A DNA stretch of 64,000 nt, from assembly GCF_000143415.4 (NCBI RefSeq), contig NW_003314289.1:91109-155108 (forward strand), given 5' to 3'. The first letter of the stretch is position 1. The number at the start of each line of letters is the position of its first letter. The position numbers and the translations under genes were made by a program. This document shows, piece by piece, positions 48,071-57,949 of the stretch. The notes under the pieces were generated by a model. That model worked only from the letters and a program-made list of their open reading frames with translations, had not been told where the DNA came from and searched no databases. Source of the DNA: Selaginella moellendorffii (lineage: Eukaryota; Plantae; Lycopodiophyta).

Positions 48071-48479
48071 TGTGCTAGAGACACACCATAACTGTCCTTG
48101 AGTAGTAGAAGATGTAGAATATTGGCTCAATAGGAACTATGTTGAGAGTTACAAGTTACTAGTAAGTTTTAACATTCTGTCACTGAGAGTTTTGGGACTG
48201 ATCAATAAATTATCAGGCACAGCTGATCTACGCACACCTCCTCCAGGTTCGGTCGACTTGTTTTTTCCTTCTCAATTTCCTCTCTTGTTTGCGAGACAAG
48301 TAGGGGCCTGCTTGTGGAAGCAACACTGATCTTACTGGAGGAATCCTTACTATGTTTTGGGACGTCTGTTCTTCACCCCCACTGCTGCCCCCATGTTTGG
48401 CACCATGTTTTGGGATGTTGGCTCAAAGAGGTAGACAAGCTTTAATTCTGAGCTTTTCACAAAGCTTATGTTTACTTTG

Positions 48480-48885
48480 CAACCTCATGGGATCCATATA
48501 TTCTGCCGTGTATTTCATGGGAGTTTGCAACGTAGTGGGCAACCAGTTGTTTCAGTAGAGCAAGCTGAGAAAAAGCTGCTGAAATGTATTCAGCTCTCCC
48601 CTATGCCTTTGCTCAGGTAAAGCTACATAGCTTTGGGTATGGTGGCAAGAATCTTACTTGAAAGTGTCGTTGATCATCAAGCTATTCTACGTTTTTGTTC
48701 AGGCAGTTCCATACACAGGCATTGTCTACTCAATGATGAAACTCGAGTGGATGGCCGCAAAGTTTTTATGGTTCGTTTTCTTCTCCTACTTCCCCCTTCT
48801 CTTCTTCACGCTCTACGGGATGATGGGATGATGGCCGTGGCAATCACGCCAAACGAGAGGTGGCAATTCTTCCACTGGATAAAGT
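48480..48885 (+). pseudogene. Second PDR/ABCG 3' fragment
   Basis: Matches 44500-44800 (AACCTCATGG..ATTCTGCCGTGTAT, GAGAAAAAGCTGCTG) and retains LFYVFVQA..GIVYSMMKLEWMAAKFLWF, which the first copy lacks. Confidence 0.85.
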
Positions 48886-48919
48886 CATAACCACCTCTAA
48901 ACCCTAAGCCCTAAACCCC

Positions 48920-49823
48920 TGGTGTTAAGATGGGTGAAGATAAGGATAAAGAAATGGCCAACAAGCCTCTTTACAAGTCCAAGCTTTTCATGCTGCTCAA
49001 GTCACTGGATTATGCACAGGACACTATCTGGTATGGCAAATAGCCCCCAAAGGCACTGGAGAGACTGTCAAAGCAAATGGACCTCATCCTTGGAGAAGTT
49101 GCGAGTCACGTATCTCAAAAGACACACTGTGGAGATGACGAGGACAGGTTTAGCAGCACCAGAGGCTTGCAGGACATCAGCCACAGAGCGGAATACAAAG
49201 ACGAGGAACGAAAAGAAGTGGAATTGGCAGAAAACATCCAGCCAGCTCCGTGCGTTTCCTCAGCAATACCACTAGTAGCTCCCAAAGTTCCGGCCGCAGC
49301 AGAACAGATCTTCAAGCCTTGGGCTACACATACTCCTTGCGGAAGACACGCTGGTGATCCAAAAGGTTGCGGTGGTTCTTCTCAAGAAACTTGGAGCAAC
49401 TGTGGTTGCCGTGGCCAATGGACAGGCCGCAGTGGAGGCTTGGAAGGGGAGCTTGAAAGATCAAGTGGTGGTAGACAAAGAGCGCAAGCCATTCAATCTC
49501 ATTCTCATGGTATGGAGCTAGATCTTTCTTGTTCTCGCTGATCCTTGAGAGAACTTTTGGTTCCAGATGCCAAGAATGGATGGATATGGTGCCACTAGAG
49601 AAATCCGCAAAGCCACGGAGGGCAGTGGCAGCCATGTCCCAATAGTGGCACTCACTACTCACATGAAGGAGAGGAGTTTGGAGATGGGCATAAACGCATA
49701 CCTCACCAAGCCTATAGATTGTAAGCTCATTTTATCATTGACAAAAAGAAGATTGTATGGACCTTGCCAAAAAATTCAAAGTCAATGAAAGTCAAATATT
49801 GTCAACATAAATCAAGTGAAGTC
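48920..49823 (+). pseudogene. Direct degenerate duplicate of the 3' end of the AHK1-like gene (receiver region, last intron and 3' flank)
   Basis: High identity to about 41147-42205 with multiple small deletions and frameshifts. The Asp-containing DCQ codons are deleted. Confidence 0.93.
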
Positions 49824-49828
49824 TTCTT

Positions 49829-51787
49829 ATGCGCCCAGGAATCTCTAAGATTCTCCAGGCAGCACAAAGATCCACGCAAACGCTCCAGGAAGCAATCGCG
49901 GAGCTAGAGAGCACCACCAATCACACCGATCTCGCAACATACGCTTCCCTGCTGAGGCGATGCGCCCGCGAGCGAGATCTCCCCAGCGGCTGGCGAATCC
50001 ACGCCCACATCCTCGCGTCGGGACGGGGCAGCGACGTGTTCCTCTCCAATCTTCTCCTCCACATGTATGGAAAATCCGGCAGCCTCGCCGACGCGCAGCG
50101 GATCTTCGATCTTCAGGCTCAGCGGAGGAACCTCTACTCGTGGACTGCTATGATCGCAGCACATGCCCAGTGCGGGCATTGCAAGGAGGCGCTAGTGTTG
50201 TTCCATCGCATGGATTGCGAGGGCGTGAGGGTTGCAGGGGTGACGTTCGTGGCCGTGCTAGGCGCTTGCGCTAAGCTGCGAGATCTCGCGCAGGGCCAGC
50301 ACGCACACCAACGAATTCTCTCCAGCGGCGGCTTCTCCAGCAACATCGCGGTGGCAAATTCGCTGATCAAGATGTACGCCAGCTGCGGATTTATAGATCT
50401 CGCAAGAGAAGTTTTTGATGGAATGTACATACGAAACGTTGTCTCGTGGAATTCGATGATTGTAGCATATGCCCAAGCCCGGCATTTTGGAAAGGCGTTG
50501 GATTTGTTTGACAAGATTAAAGTGGAGCCGGATAGGGTGACTTTTGTCACTGCGCTTGGTGCCTGCTTGGATTTTCAGCAGGGAAAAGAGATCCACGACA
50601 GGGTCTTGGCTTCGCAGATCGAGCTTGATGCTGTTCTTGGAACCGCGCTCTTGAATTTCTACAGCAAGATCGGCCGCTTGAATGAGAGTAGAGATGTCTT
50701 TGATGCGATTCAAAGAAAAGATCCTGTCTCGTGGTCTGCGATGATCGCCGCATATGCCCAAAACGGGCATTGCAAGTTGGCAGTGGAGCTCTTTTGGAGG
50801 CTCGACCAGGAAGGCATCCATGCAAACCAAGTAACTTTCATCAGCGTGGTTGACGCATGCTCCGGCCTAGGAGATCTTCGCCAAGGGAAGGGACTACACG
50901 CGAGGATACTCGAGCTGGGCTTTGACAGCCATATCACCGTCAAGAACACGCTGCTCAATCTCCACGGCAAGCTCGGCAGCCTCGAGGACGCCGAGAAGGT
51001 GTTTCACTCGCGGGAGGAGAAGAATGTGGCGTCCTGGAATGCGATGATCGCCGCGTATACTCGTCACGGGCATGGATCCAGAGCAGCCCAAGCGCTGGAG
51101 CTCATGGACTTTGAAGGGACAAAGCCGGACGAGGTGACTCTCTCCGGGATCTTCGACGCTTGCGGTGACATGGGCGATTTAGCGTCGGGGAGGAAGCTCC
51201 ATGCCCGGATCCGGGGAGGAGAGCTCGAGCAGGACGTCACGGTTGCGAACAGCCTGATCAACATGTATAGCCGGTGCTGGAGCGTGGTGGAAGCCGAGCT
51301 TGTTTTCCATCGGATGACAAAAAGAGATCTTATAAGCTGGAACAGCCTTATTGCAGCAAATGCCATGCACGGGCATCCAGCCGAGGCTCTCGATCTCTTC
51401 CGGGAGCTCAGCCTCGAGGGCTTTGCCGCGGACAACTTCACGTTTACGAGCACGCTGTTTGCTTGCAGCCATGGTGGCTTGCTCAAGGAGAGCCTGGAGG
51501 TGTTTGCGTCCATGATGGGGGATTACCAGGCGGTGCCATCGCCGCAGCACTATGGGTGCGTTTTGGATCTGCTTGGGCGGATGGGGAAGCTGGGCGAGGC
51601 CAAGGAGTTGATCGGTGGCATGCCTTTGGAGCCTGACTCTGTGGCGTGGATGAGCCTCTTGGGTGCGTGTAGCACTCACTCGGATGCCACCAAAGCTTTT
51701 GGACTGGCTGATAGTCTTGTGGAGCTCCAGCCAGAGAAGGCTGCTCACTATGTAGTTTTTAGTAATGTGGCAACCAAGTTTGAATAG
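49829..51787 (+). CDS. PLS-class PPR protein with E domain, no DYW
   Basis: 652 aa intronless ORF with regular P-L-S triplets, ending HYGCVLDLLGRMGKL..AWMSLLGAC..HYVVFSN. Confidence 0.93.
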   Translation: MRPGISKILQAAQRSTQTLQEAIAELESTTNHTDLATYASLLRRCARERDLPSGWRIHAHILASGRGSDVFLSNLLLHMYGKSGSLADAQRIFDLQAQRRNLYSWTAMIAAHAQCGHCKEALVLFHRMDCEGVRVAGVTFVAVLGACAKLRDLAQGQHAHQRILSSGGFSSNIAVANSLIKMYASCGFIDLAREVFDGMYIRNVVSWNSMIVAYAQARHFGKALDLFDKIKVEPDRVTFVTALGACLDFQQGKEIHDRVLASQIELDAVLGTALLNFYSKIGRLNESRDVFDAIQRKDPVSWSAMIAAYAQNGHCKLAVELFWRLDQEGIHANQVTFISVVDACSGLGDLRQGKGLHARILELGFDSHITVKNTLLNLHGKLGSLEDAEKVFHSREEKNVASWNAMIAAYTRHGHGSRAAQALELMDFEGTKPDEVTLSGIFDACGDMGDLASGRKLHARIRGGELEQDVTVANSLINMYSRCWSVVEAELVFHRMTKRDLISWNSLIAANAMHGHPAEALDLFRELSLEGFAADNFTFTSTLFACSHGGLLKESLEVFASMMGDYQAVPSPQHYGCVLDLLGRMGKLGEAKELIGGMPLEPDSVAWMSLLGACSTHSDATKAFGLADSLVELQPEKAAHYVVFSNVATKFE

Positions 51788-52864
51788 CCATTTTCGATTC
51801 AACGTGATCCCAGCTCGCAAAGATTGAGAACTTTGACCCTTGCTTATGAAGAAACATTCATCTTCCTTCCTTTCTTTCTTACGCTACTTTCTTTCAAGAG
51901 CGGCATATCTGGAGAAGCAAGCAAGTAAAGTAAAAACAATATTCAGTTAGGGACACGAGATAGATTCAAGTTCAATGAAGAAAATAACTTTAGGAACTTC
52001 ACGCCGTGATCGAAATTTTTTTGCGGAGGACAAGGGGAGGTGTTCATGCTTCAATGTCAGCCCAGGCATAAGGACTGATCGCTTTGACCTCTGACCTTCT
52101 TCCTGGAGAAAACTATAGCTTATGATCGTTTGATCAAAGGTCTACACTCTACTCATTCATTCTGGCCCTTCCTCAATGGCTTTCTCGGTAGCTGCAGGCC
52201 GTCGTTGCTGCATTATAAAACGTAGAGAAGTTTCAGAAAGAAATCTCTTTCTTACGTTATACAGACACCAGAGAGAACACCATTCCGATCCACGCCTAGC
52301 CAAAGGGAACATGGAACGCCATCTGCATCATAGACATTTTTTCTATAGCATTACCCTCCAGGATTTCCAGCCAAGATTTGAGTTGGAAAAACGTCCAAGG
52401 TCCTTCGTGAGGAGCAGATACATTTGTTCCACCTTGCATTCTCTATTGTTATTTCTTTTTAGATATTAAAAATGGAATTAAACAGTCCACCAATTCTAGT
52501 GAGCCGTATAATGATATGCATATACCTCCACGAGGCATGTGCTGTATGTATGGTTTTTTAAGGCTGTAAATCTCCATATGGCATTAGACATAGAAATTTT
52601 CCAGCTTTACCTATCTTATTGTTTTTAAAGTAGACATATAAGAGTTTCTTCCAGGTAATAAAATTCCACTCGGCCATCTCTCGAAAAGTCTGCTTGGTCT
52701 TGCGCACATTCCCTTTATGGGGAAATGCTGCCAATATGGTGTTTCATGTTACAATGTTTCGCTAGTATATCTCTTGCTTTAGAACTAAAGGATCAAACTT
52801 CTAAAACGGAAGCATCTTCATGAAGATTCTTAGTAGGGTTTAGGGTTTTCCTGGGTTCTAGCAG

Positions 52865-54406
52865 ATGGGAAGAAATGCGATGGCGATGGCGCTCGCGAGG
52901 CGCTGGATCGCAAATGCGCGCTGCTCGCCATCGATCGGCAGCTCCAGGTACGTGGCGGGGATGGAATGCAGGGCAATCCCCGCGAGATTTCTCTTCACGG
53001 CGGAGGAGCTTGAGCAGCAACCGAGCAGCAGCCACCCGCCGGCGCCAGTGGTCCGGCCCTCGATCACCTGGGGCGTGGTGGGCGACAAGAACGCGCAGCG
53101 CGAGGGCCGCGAGCGAGTGCTGGACTACCTGCGCGGCGAGGGGATCAACACCGACGAGTTTGAGTCCGTGGAGCTCCCCACCACCGTGGACGTGATGGCC
53201 GAGCGCCTGGATTTCCTCAAGAATCTCGGCCTGGAGAAGATCCACATCAACGAGTATCCTCTCGTGGTGTGCTGCAGCGTCAAGAAGAACATGGTGCCAG
53301 TGATCAACTACCTCGAGGCGCTGGGCTTCTCGGCCGCGGATCTCACCAAGCTCCTGCGAAAGTATCCCATGGTTCTCCATTCGAGCGTCACGGTGGACAT
53401 CCAGCCAGTGGTGATCTATCTCATGGGACTGGGAGTTCCAAGATCCATGGTTCCAAGGCCGCTCGTCAAGTACCCGGACATGCTGGGCTTCCGGCTCGAG
53501 GGGACGATGAGCACCTCCATCGCCTACCTGGTTAGCATCGGCGTCCACATCCGCGCCATCGCCGGGATCGTGCTCGAGTTCCCGGAGATCCTGGGGATGA
53601 GAGTCGGCAACAACATCAAACCCAAGGTGGACTTCCTGTGTGGCCTGGGCATGCCGCGCGAGGCCGCCGGGAAGATCCTCGAGCACCACATCCAGATCCT
53701 CGCGCACGACCTCTCCCGGATGAAGGACAACGCGGCGCTGCTCGAGAGGGCGGGTGTGAGCGGCGATGGATTGCCCGGGCTGGTGCTGCAAATGCCCACC
53801 GTGCTCGTGGATCCGATCGACAAGCTGGTGGAGTCCCTGGCGGACTGGCTGGAGAAGACGCTCAAGGTCCCGCGGGCGAGCACCGGGAGAGTTCTCGAGA
53901 AGTTGCCGCAAGTCCTCTACCTCCATCGCCGCTTCGCGGCGGCGCGCGTGAGTTTCTTCCAGGCCAGGGGATTCACCACGCAGGAGATCGGCAAGATGGT
54001 GGTGCTGTGCCCGCAGATCCTTGTGCTGGATCCCCGATCGATGAGGGAATCGATGGAGTTCTACGTGAAGCAGATGAAGCGGAGCATCAAGGAGCTGGTG
54101 GAGTTCCCGGCCTTCTTCACGTATGGGCTCGAGGAGAGGATCCGGTTCCGCTACAAGCGCGTGGCGGAGAAGGGTCTGAGCTTCAGCCTGGCGTGGTTCC
54201 TGAATTGCAGCAATGCGGTGTTCCAGCAGAGGATCGCCGGGCCGATCCACGAGGGCGAGAGGGCCGAGGGATTGTTCTTGATGGGTGGTCCTGTCCGGCA
54301 GCTCGCCAAGCCCTCCTCCAGTGACGATGAGCTCGATGGTAGTGACGACGATGACGATGGAGATGATCGTTACGATCAAAGAGACGGCAACGATGTTGAA
54401 TTCTAG
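52865..54406 (+). CDS. mTERF4: mTERF family protein (mTERF4/BSM/RUG2-like), intronless
   Basis: ERLDFL..INEYPLVVCCSVKKNMVPV, YPMVLHSSV, LGFRLEGTMSTSIAYLV and FPAFFTYGLEERIR. Telo-boxes at 52834-52848. Confidence 0.88.
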   Translation: MGRNAMAMALARRWIANARCSPSIGSSRYVAGMECRAIPARFLFTAEELEQQPSSSHPPAPVVRPSITWGVVGDKNAQREGRERVLDYLRGEGINTDEFESVELPTTVDVMAERLDFLKNLGLEKIHINEYPLVVCCSVKKNMVPVINYLEALGFSAADLTKLLRKYPMVLHSSVTVDIQPVVIYLMGLGVPRSMVPRPLVKYPDMLGFRLEGTMSTSIAYLVSIGVHIRAIAGIVLEFPEILGMRVGNNIKPKVDFLCGLGMPREAAGKILEHHIQILAHDLSRMKDNAALLERAGVSGDGLPGLVLQMPTVLVDPIDKLVESLADWLEKTLKVPRASTGRVLEKLPQVLYLHRRFAAARVSFFQARGFTTQEIGKMVVLCPQILVLDPRSMRESMEFYVKQMKRSIKELVEFPAFFTYGLEERIRFRYKRVAEKGLSFSLAWFLNCSNAVFQQRIAGPIHEGERAEGLFLMGGPVRQLAKPSSSDDELDGSDDDDDGDDRYDQRDGNDVEF

Positions 54407-54529
54407 AGGCGGAGGATGCGATTCTAGTGATACTGCGCTCCCCGATGGAAGATGAATCGTTAGACGGTGATCTTCCTGTTTGAGTTTGCTGGAGGGAGAG
54501 CTTCCAGCTTCGGCTATATGTATACTACT

Positions 54530-54722
54530 GTTCTTGGCGCCCAAATTTGAAAATATTGATCTACACGGTTGCTCTTTTTTTCTGCCTAGGGCACTTCTAG
54601 GGCACTTTAGCTTTTGGGTCTGGCGCCCAAATTTGAAAATATTCTCTAATTGTTTCTTTTTAAGGGGCTCTTGGTGAGCGGGAATAATTTTGAAAGCAAA
54701 GCCCTTCATCCTAGGGTTTAGG
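54530..54722 (+). promoter_or_regulatory. VIM promoter with two CDE/CHR-like composite motifs, an E2F site and a telo-box
   Basis: GGCGCC-CAAA-TTTGAA at 54536-54551 and 54622-54637, GCGGGAAT at 54678 followed by TTTGAA at 54689, and TAGGGTTT at 54712. Confidence 0.7.
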
Positions 54723-54759
54723 GAGATCGCTACGTCTCAAAGGTAGGGCCTTCAAGGCG

Positions 54760-57700
54760 ATGGAGCTCGCTTGCGAGAATGGGAGGTGTCTGGTTTGCAA
54801 GAGGGAGCCGCCAGAGCAGGAGATCCTGCCTTGCGCCAGCTGCGGCTGTCTGTGGCATCTTCAATGCCTCAAGACGCCCAAGACCCTGGCGGATGTTCGT
54901 CCTGACTACTGGGAGTGCCCGGATTGCGAGTACGATCCGGCCAGCAGCGGGAAGCCGCCGCCAAGCGGTGGTGGTGGAGATAAGGTGCTGCTGACAAAGA
55001 TCCGTGAGATAAATGCGGATAACACTCTCTCCGACGTCCAGAAAGCAGCGAAGCGGCAGAAGCTACTAAGCAATGGTGCTGTTCCGGCTGGAAGTCAGGA
55101 AGATCGAGATGAGTTGATTTGCATCTTTTGCCAGGGCCCTCTCGATCGCCCAGTCACGGTATGTTTCCTTTCCTTTTGTTCTCTCTTCTCTGTTCTTTCT
55201 TTCTGCAAGAAAACTAAGTTCTTTCTCCTTTTTTTCTAGACACCTTGCGGCCACAACTTCTGCCTCAGATGTCTCCAGAAGTGGTTCGCCCAGGGACACA
55301 AGAAATGCGGGAAATGCCGGGTGGATTTCCACCGAAGTTTTATTCAGCAGCCAAAGATCAACCCGGTGCTTGTGCAAGCCATTCGAATGGCCAAGACTGC
55401 TGCCAGTGGGGTGAGCTCATCAGCTTCCAAGTCCGTCCAGTTCCTCCAAAACCAGCACAGGCCAGACAGAGCATTCAAGAGCGAGAGAGCGAAGAAAGCC
55501 GGCTTGTCCAACGCGTCGAGTGGCAGGATCTTCGTCACGGTTGGCAAGTATCACTTCGGGGCTATACCAGCCGAGAATGACCCCGAGAGGAACTTGGGAG
55601 TTTTGGTTGGCGAGACTTGGGCGGATAGGATGGAGTGCAGGCAATGGGGTGCTCACAGCCCCCACGTCGCGGGAATCGCTGGGCAAAGCGACAGAGGTGC
55701 TCAGTCTGTGGTCATGTCTGGTGGCTACGAGGACGACGAGGACCATGGAGAATGGTTTCTCTACACCGGGAGGTGAGATTCATCTTGTTCTTACATGCGT
55801 TCTTTATGGCTTCCATTTTCGTTGCAGTGGTGGCAGGGATTTGAGTGGTAACAAACGAACGAACGATCAATCGTTCGACCAGGTCTTTTCGAAATCGAAC
55901 AGAGCTCTCTCTGTAAGCTGTTTGAAAGGGTACCCCGTACGCGTTGTGCGGTGAGCTTGTTGTTTTTGTTTTTCCTGGTTCTAGTATTTAGTAAGCGTGT
56001 TTTTGCAGATCGTCGAAAGACGTGCGTTCTGCTTACGCACCTCAAGAAGGCCTGAGGTACGATGGACTGTACAGAATTGAGAGATGCTGGCGGAAAATCG
56101 GTCTCAAGGTAAGAGTGGTGTTTACTGCAATCGTTGCTAAGTCGTGAACCAGGGCTTTCTGGTGTGCCGGTATTTGTTCGTCAGGTGTGACAACGAGCCG
56201 GCACCCTGGACAAGGTGTGTGTTTCTGAAAATTTTATCATGTATATTCTTTCTGATAATTCTGGTGATTAGTGAGGACTATGGTGATCGGCCACGTCCAC
56301 TTCCGGAGATTGCAGAGCTTAAAAATGCCACGGACGTCAAAGAAAGGAAGACGGAACGGCCGGCATGGGACTGGAAGGTAAAGATTGTGTTACCTGCTTT
56401 CACTATGCTCTTTAACATGGCAGTTTTAGGAGGACGAGAATGTCTGGGGATGGACTAAGGCACCTCCAAGTTATAATCCGTCATCTGCTCGGAAGAAAAC
56501 TGTATCGTCAAAGGAAAAGGAACTGAAAACCAGTACGTACTGATCTCTACTTGCTTAAGTCATTGCCTACTCACGACAATGTTCTTTCTGTAGGATTTGG
56601 ATGTGGCCTTTGCAAAAATGTATTGCAACGTCCGCTTTGCGCTCCTTGTGGCCACAATTTTTGTCAGTCTTGTTTGATTGGTCATTTTGCTGGCCACAAG
56701 GACGTTCGAGAGAGGGGCAATGGCCGACGGTCCCTCAGAGTTCGGAAGAACCAGAAGCTGTGTCCTCAGTGTAACAAGGACATCGCTGATTTTCTGGAAG
56801 CCCCTGCAGTAAGTAGACTTCTATCGGAAATCTTGCTGGAGATTTAAGTTTTTCTATTGTCATCAGGTCAACAACGATATGGATAATGTCATTCAAAAGC
56901 TGAAAGATGCCATTGCGAAACAGGAAGAGGAAAATCGTGATACTGCTGCTGATGACGATGGAGATGAAGGGGCTGAAGAAGCGGAAGAAAACGAAGAGGC
57001 TGACGAAGAGAAGGACGAGGATTGTTTCGGACGTGTGGTATAATTTGGCTTATCATTTTTTGTGGAATTGAAATGTGCTCATGCAGGGTGCGAGTGTTAC
57101 GGTGGGCAAGGAAATTGAGATGGAAAGTGCCATTGCCAAGAGAAAAGAGAAGGTGGATTTTCATGTTTTCTTTTGTTTCACTAATGCTTGGCATCACAGG
57201 ATATAGCTGCAAATGCAGGAGTCAAGGTAAATGAGGACACGACTGTAAACGGAGAACTTTTTGTACTCAAGGAAAAATCGGCACGGAGAACGCTCAAGGT
57301 AAATGAGGATACGAATGGTGTACTATCGGTGGGCAAGGACACGAAAACAGTCAAGGTAAATGCTTTCTCTATTTTGGCCTCGATGAAGATTAATTTGGTG
57401 GATGGTTCCAGGGTTCGACTGGAAAACATTCCTTGGGCAAGGAAAACTCGGCCACCATTGATGTGGAGGTAAAAACTCCTTTTACTTCGGTTTAACTGAC
57501 GTTTAGCGTTTTGTATGGCAGGATGGCGATGAAGAACTTTCCATGAGGGGAGAAGAGGCTCCTAGAAAAGCCAAGGTGAATGCTATGAGCTCTCTTTACT
57601 TTCCCCTCACTAAGCGTTTTGGTAATGGCAGGAAGTGGGAGAACTTCGCTTGGGAAATGGCAAAAGAGCTGCTGTGGACATCTCTAGCATTGCAAAGAGA

Positions 57701-57763
57701 ACCAGAAGTAAGGGAACTGTGGAGCAGAAGAAGTCTGTTGTTATCGTTTTGGATGATGATTGA
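54760..57763 (+). CDS. VIM: ORTHRUS/VIM (UHRF1-like) E3 ligase: PHD-RING-SRA-RING plus extended mini-exon C-terminus
   Basis: PHD (CLVC..CASC..WHLQC..WECPDC), RING ([14 protein letters not shown]), SRA ([34 protein letters not shown]), second RING. Phase-0 exons end [11 protein letters not shown] (TGA 57761-57763). Confidence 0.92.
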
Positions 57764-57949
57764 CTAGCCTTTCATACATTTTAAGTTTTGAGAATTCTTT
57801 AGTATGTTATCTTTCTCAATTCTTAACTTAATCGATTGTTAATATGAAGTATACAACGTGCGGACGCCAGGCAAGATGATGGTAGTCGTTTTTCTGTAAC
57901 ATACTGAGGAAGCCTGGTAGTAGTAAACGTAGGGCACAGTATTCGCAGC

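Noticed and set aside
52500-52566. Weak hairpin upstream of mTERF (possible miRNA)
   Set aside because: Short pairing that relies on G-U in TA-rich low-complexity sequence, with no match to a conserved miRNA that I recognise.
52793-54709. 638-aa antisense ORF spanning the mTERF gene
   Set aside because: It lies in the codon-aligned antisense frame of a high-GC3 gene, which suppresses stops. The His/Gln/Leu/Arg-rich translation has no recognisable motif.
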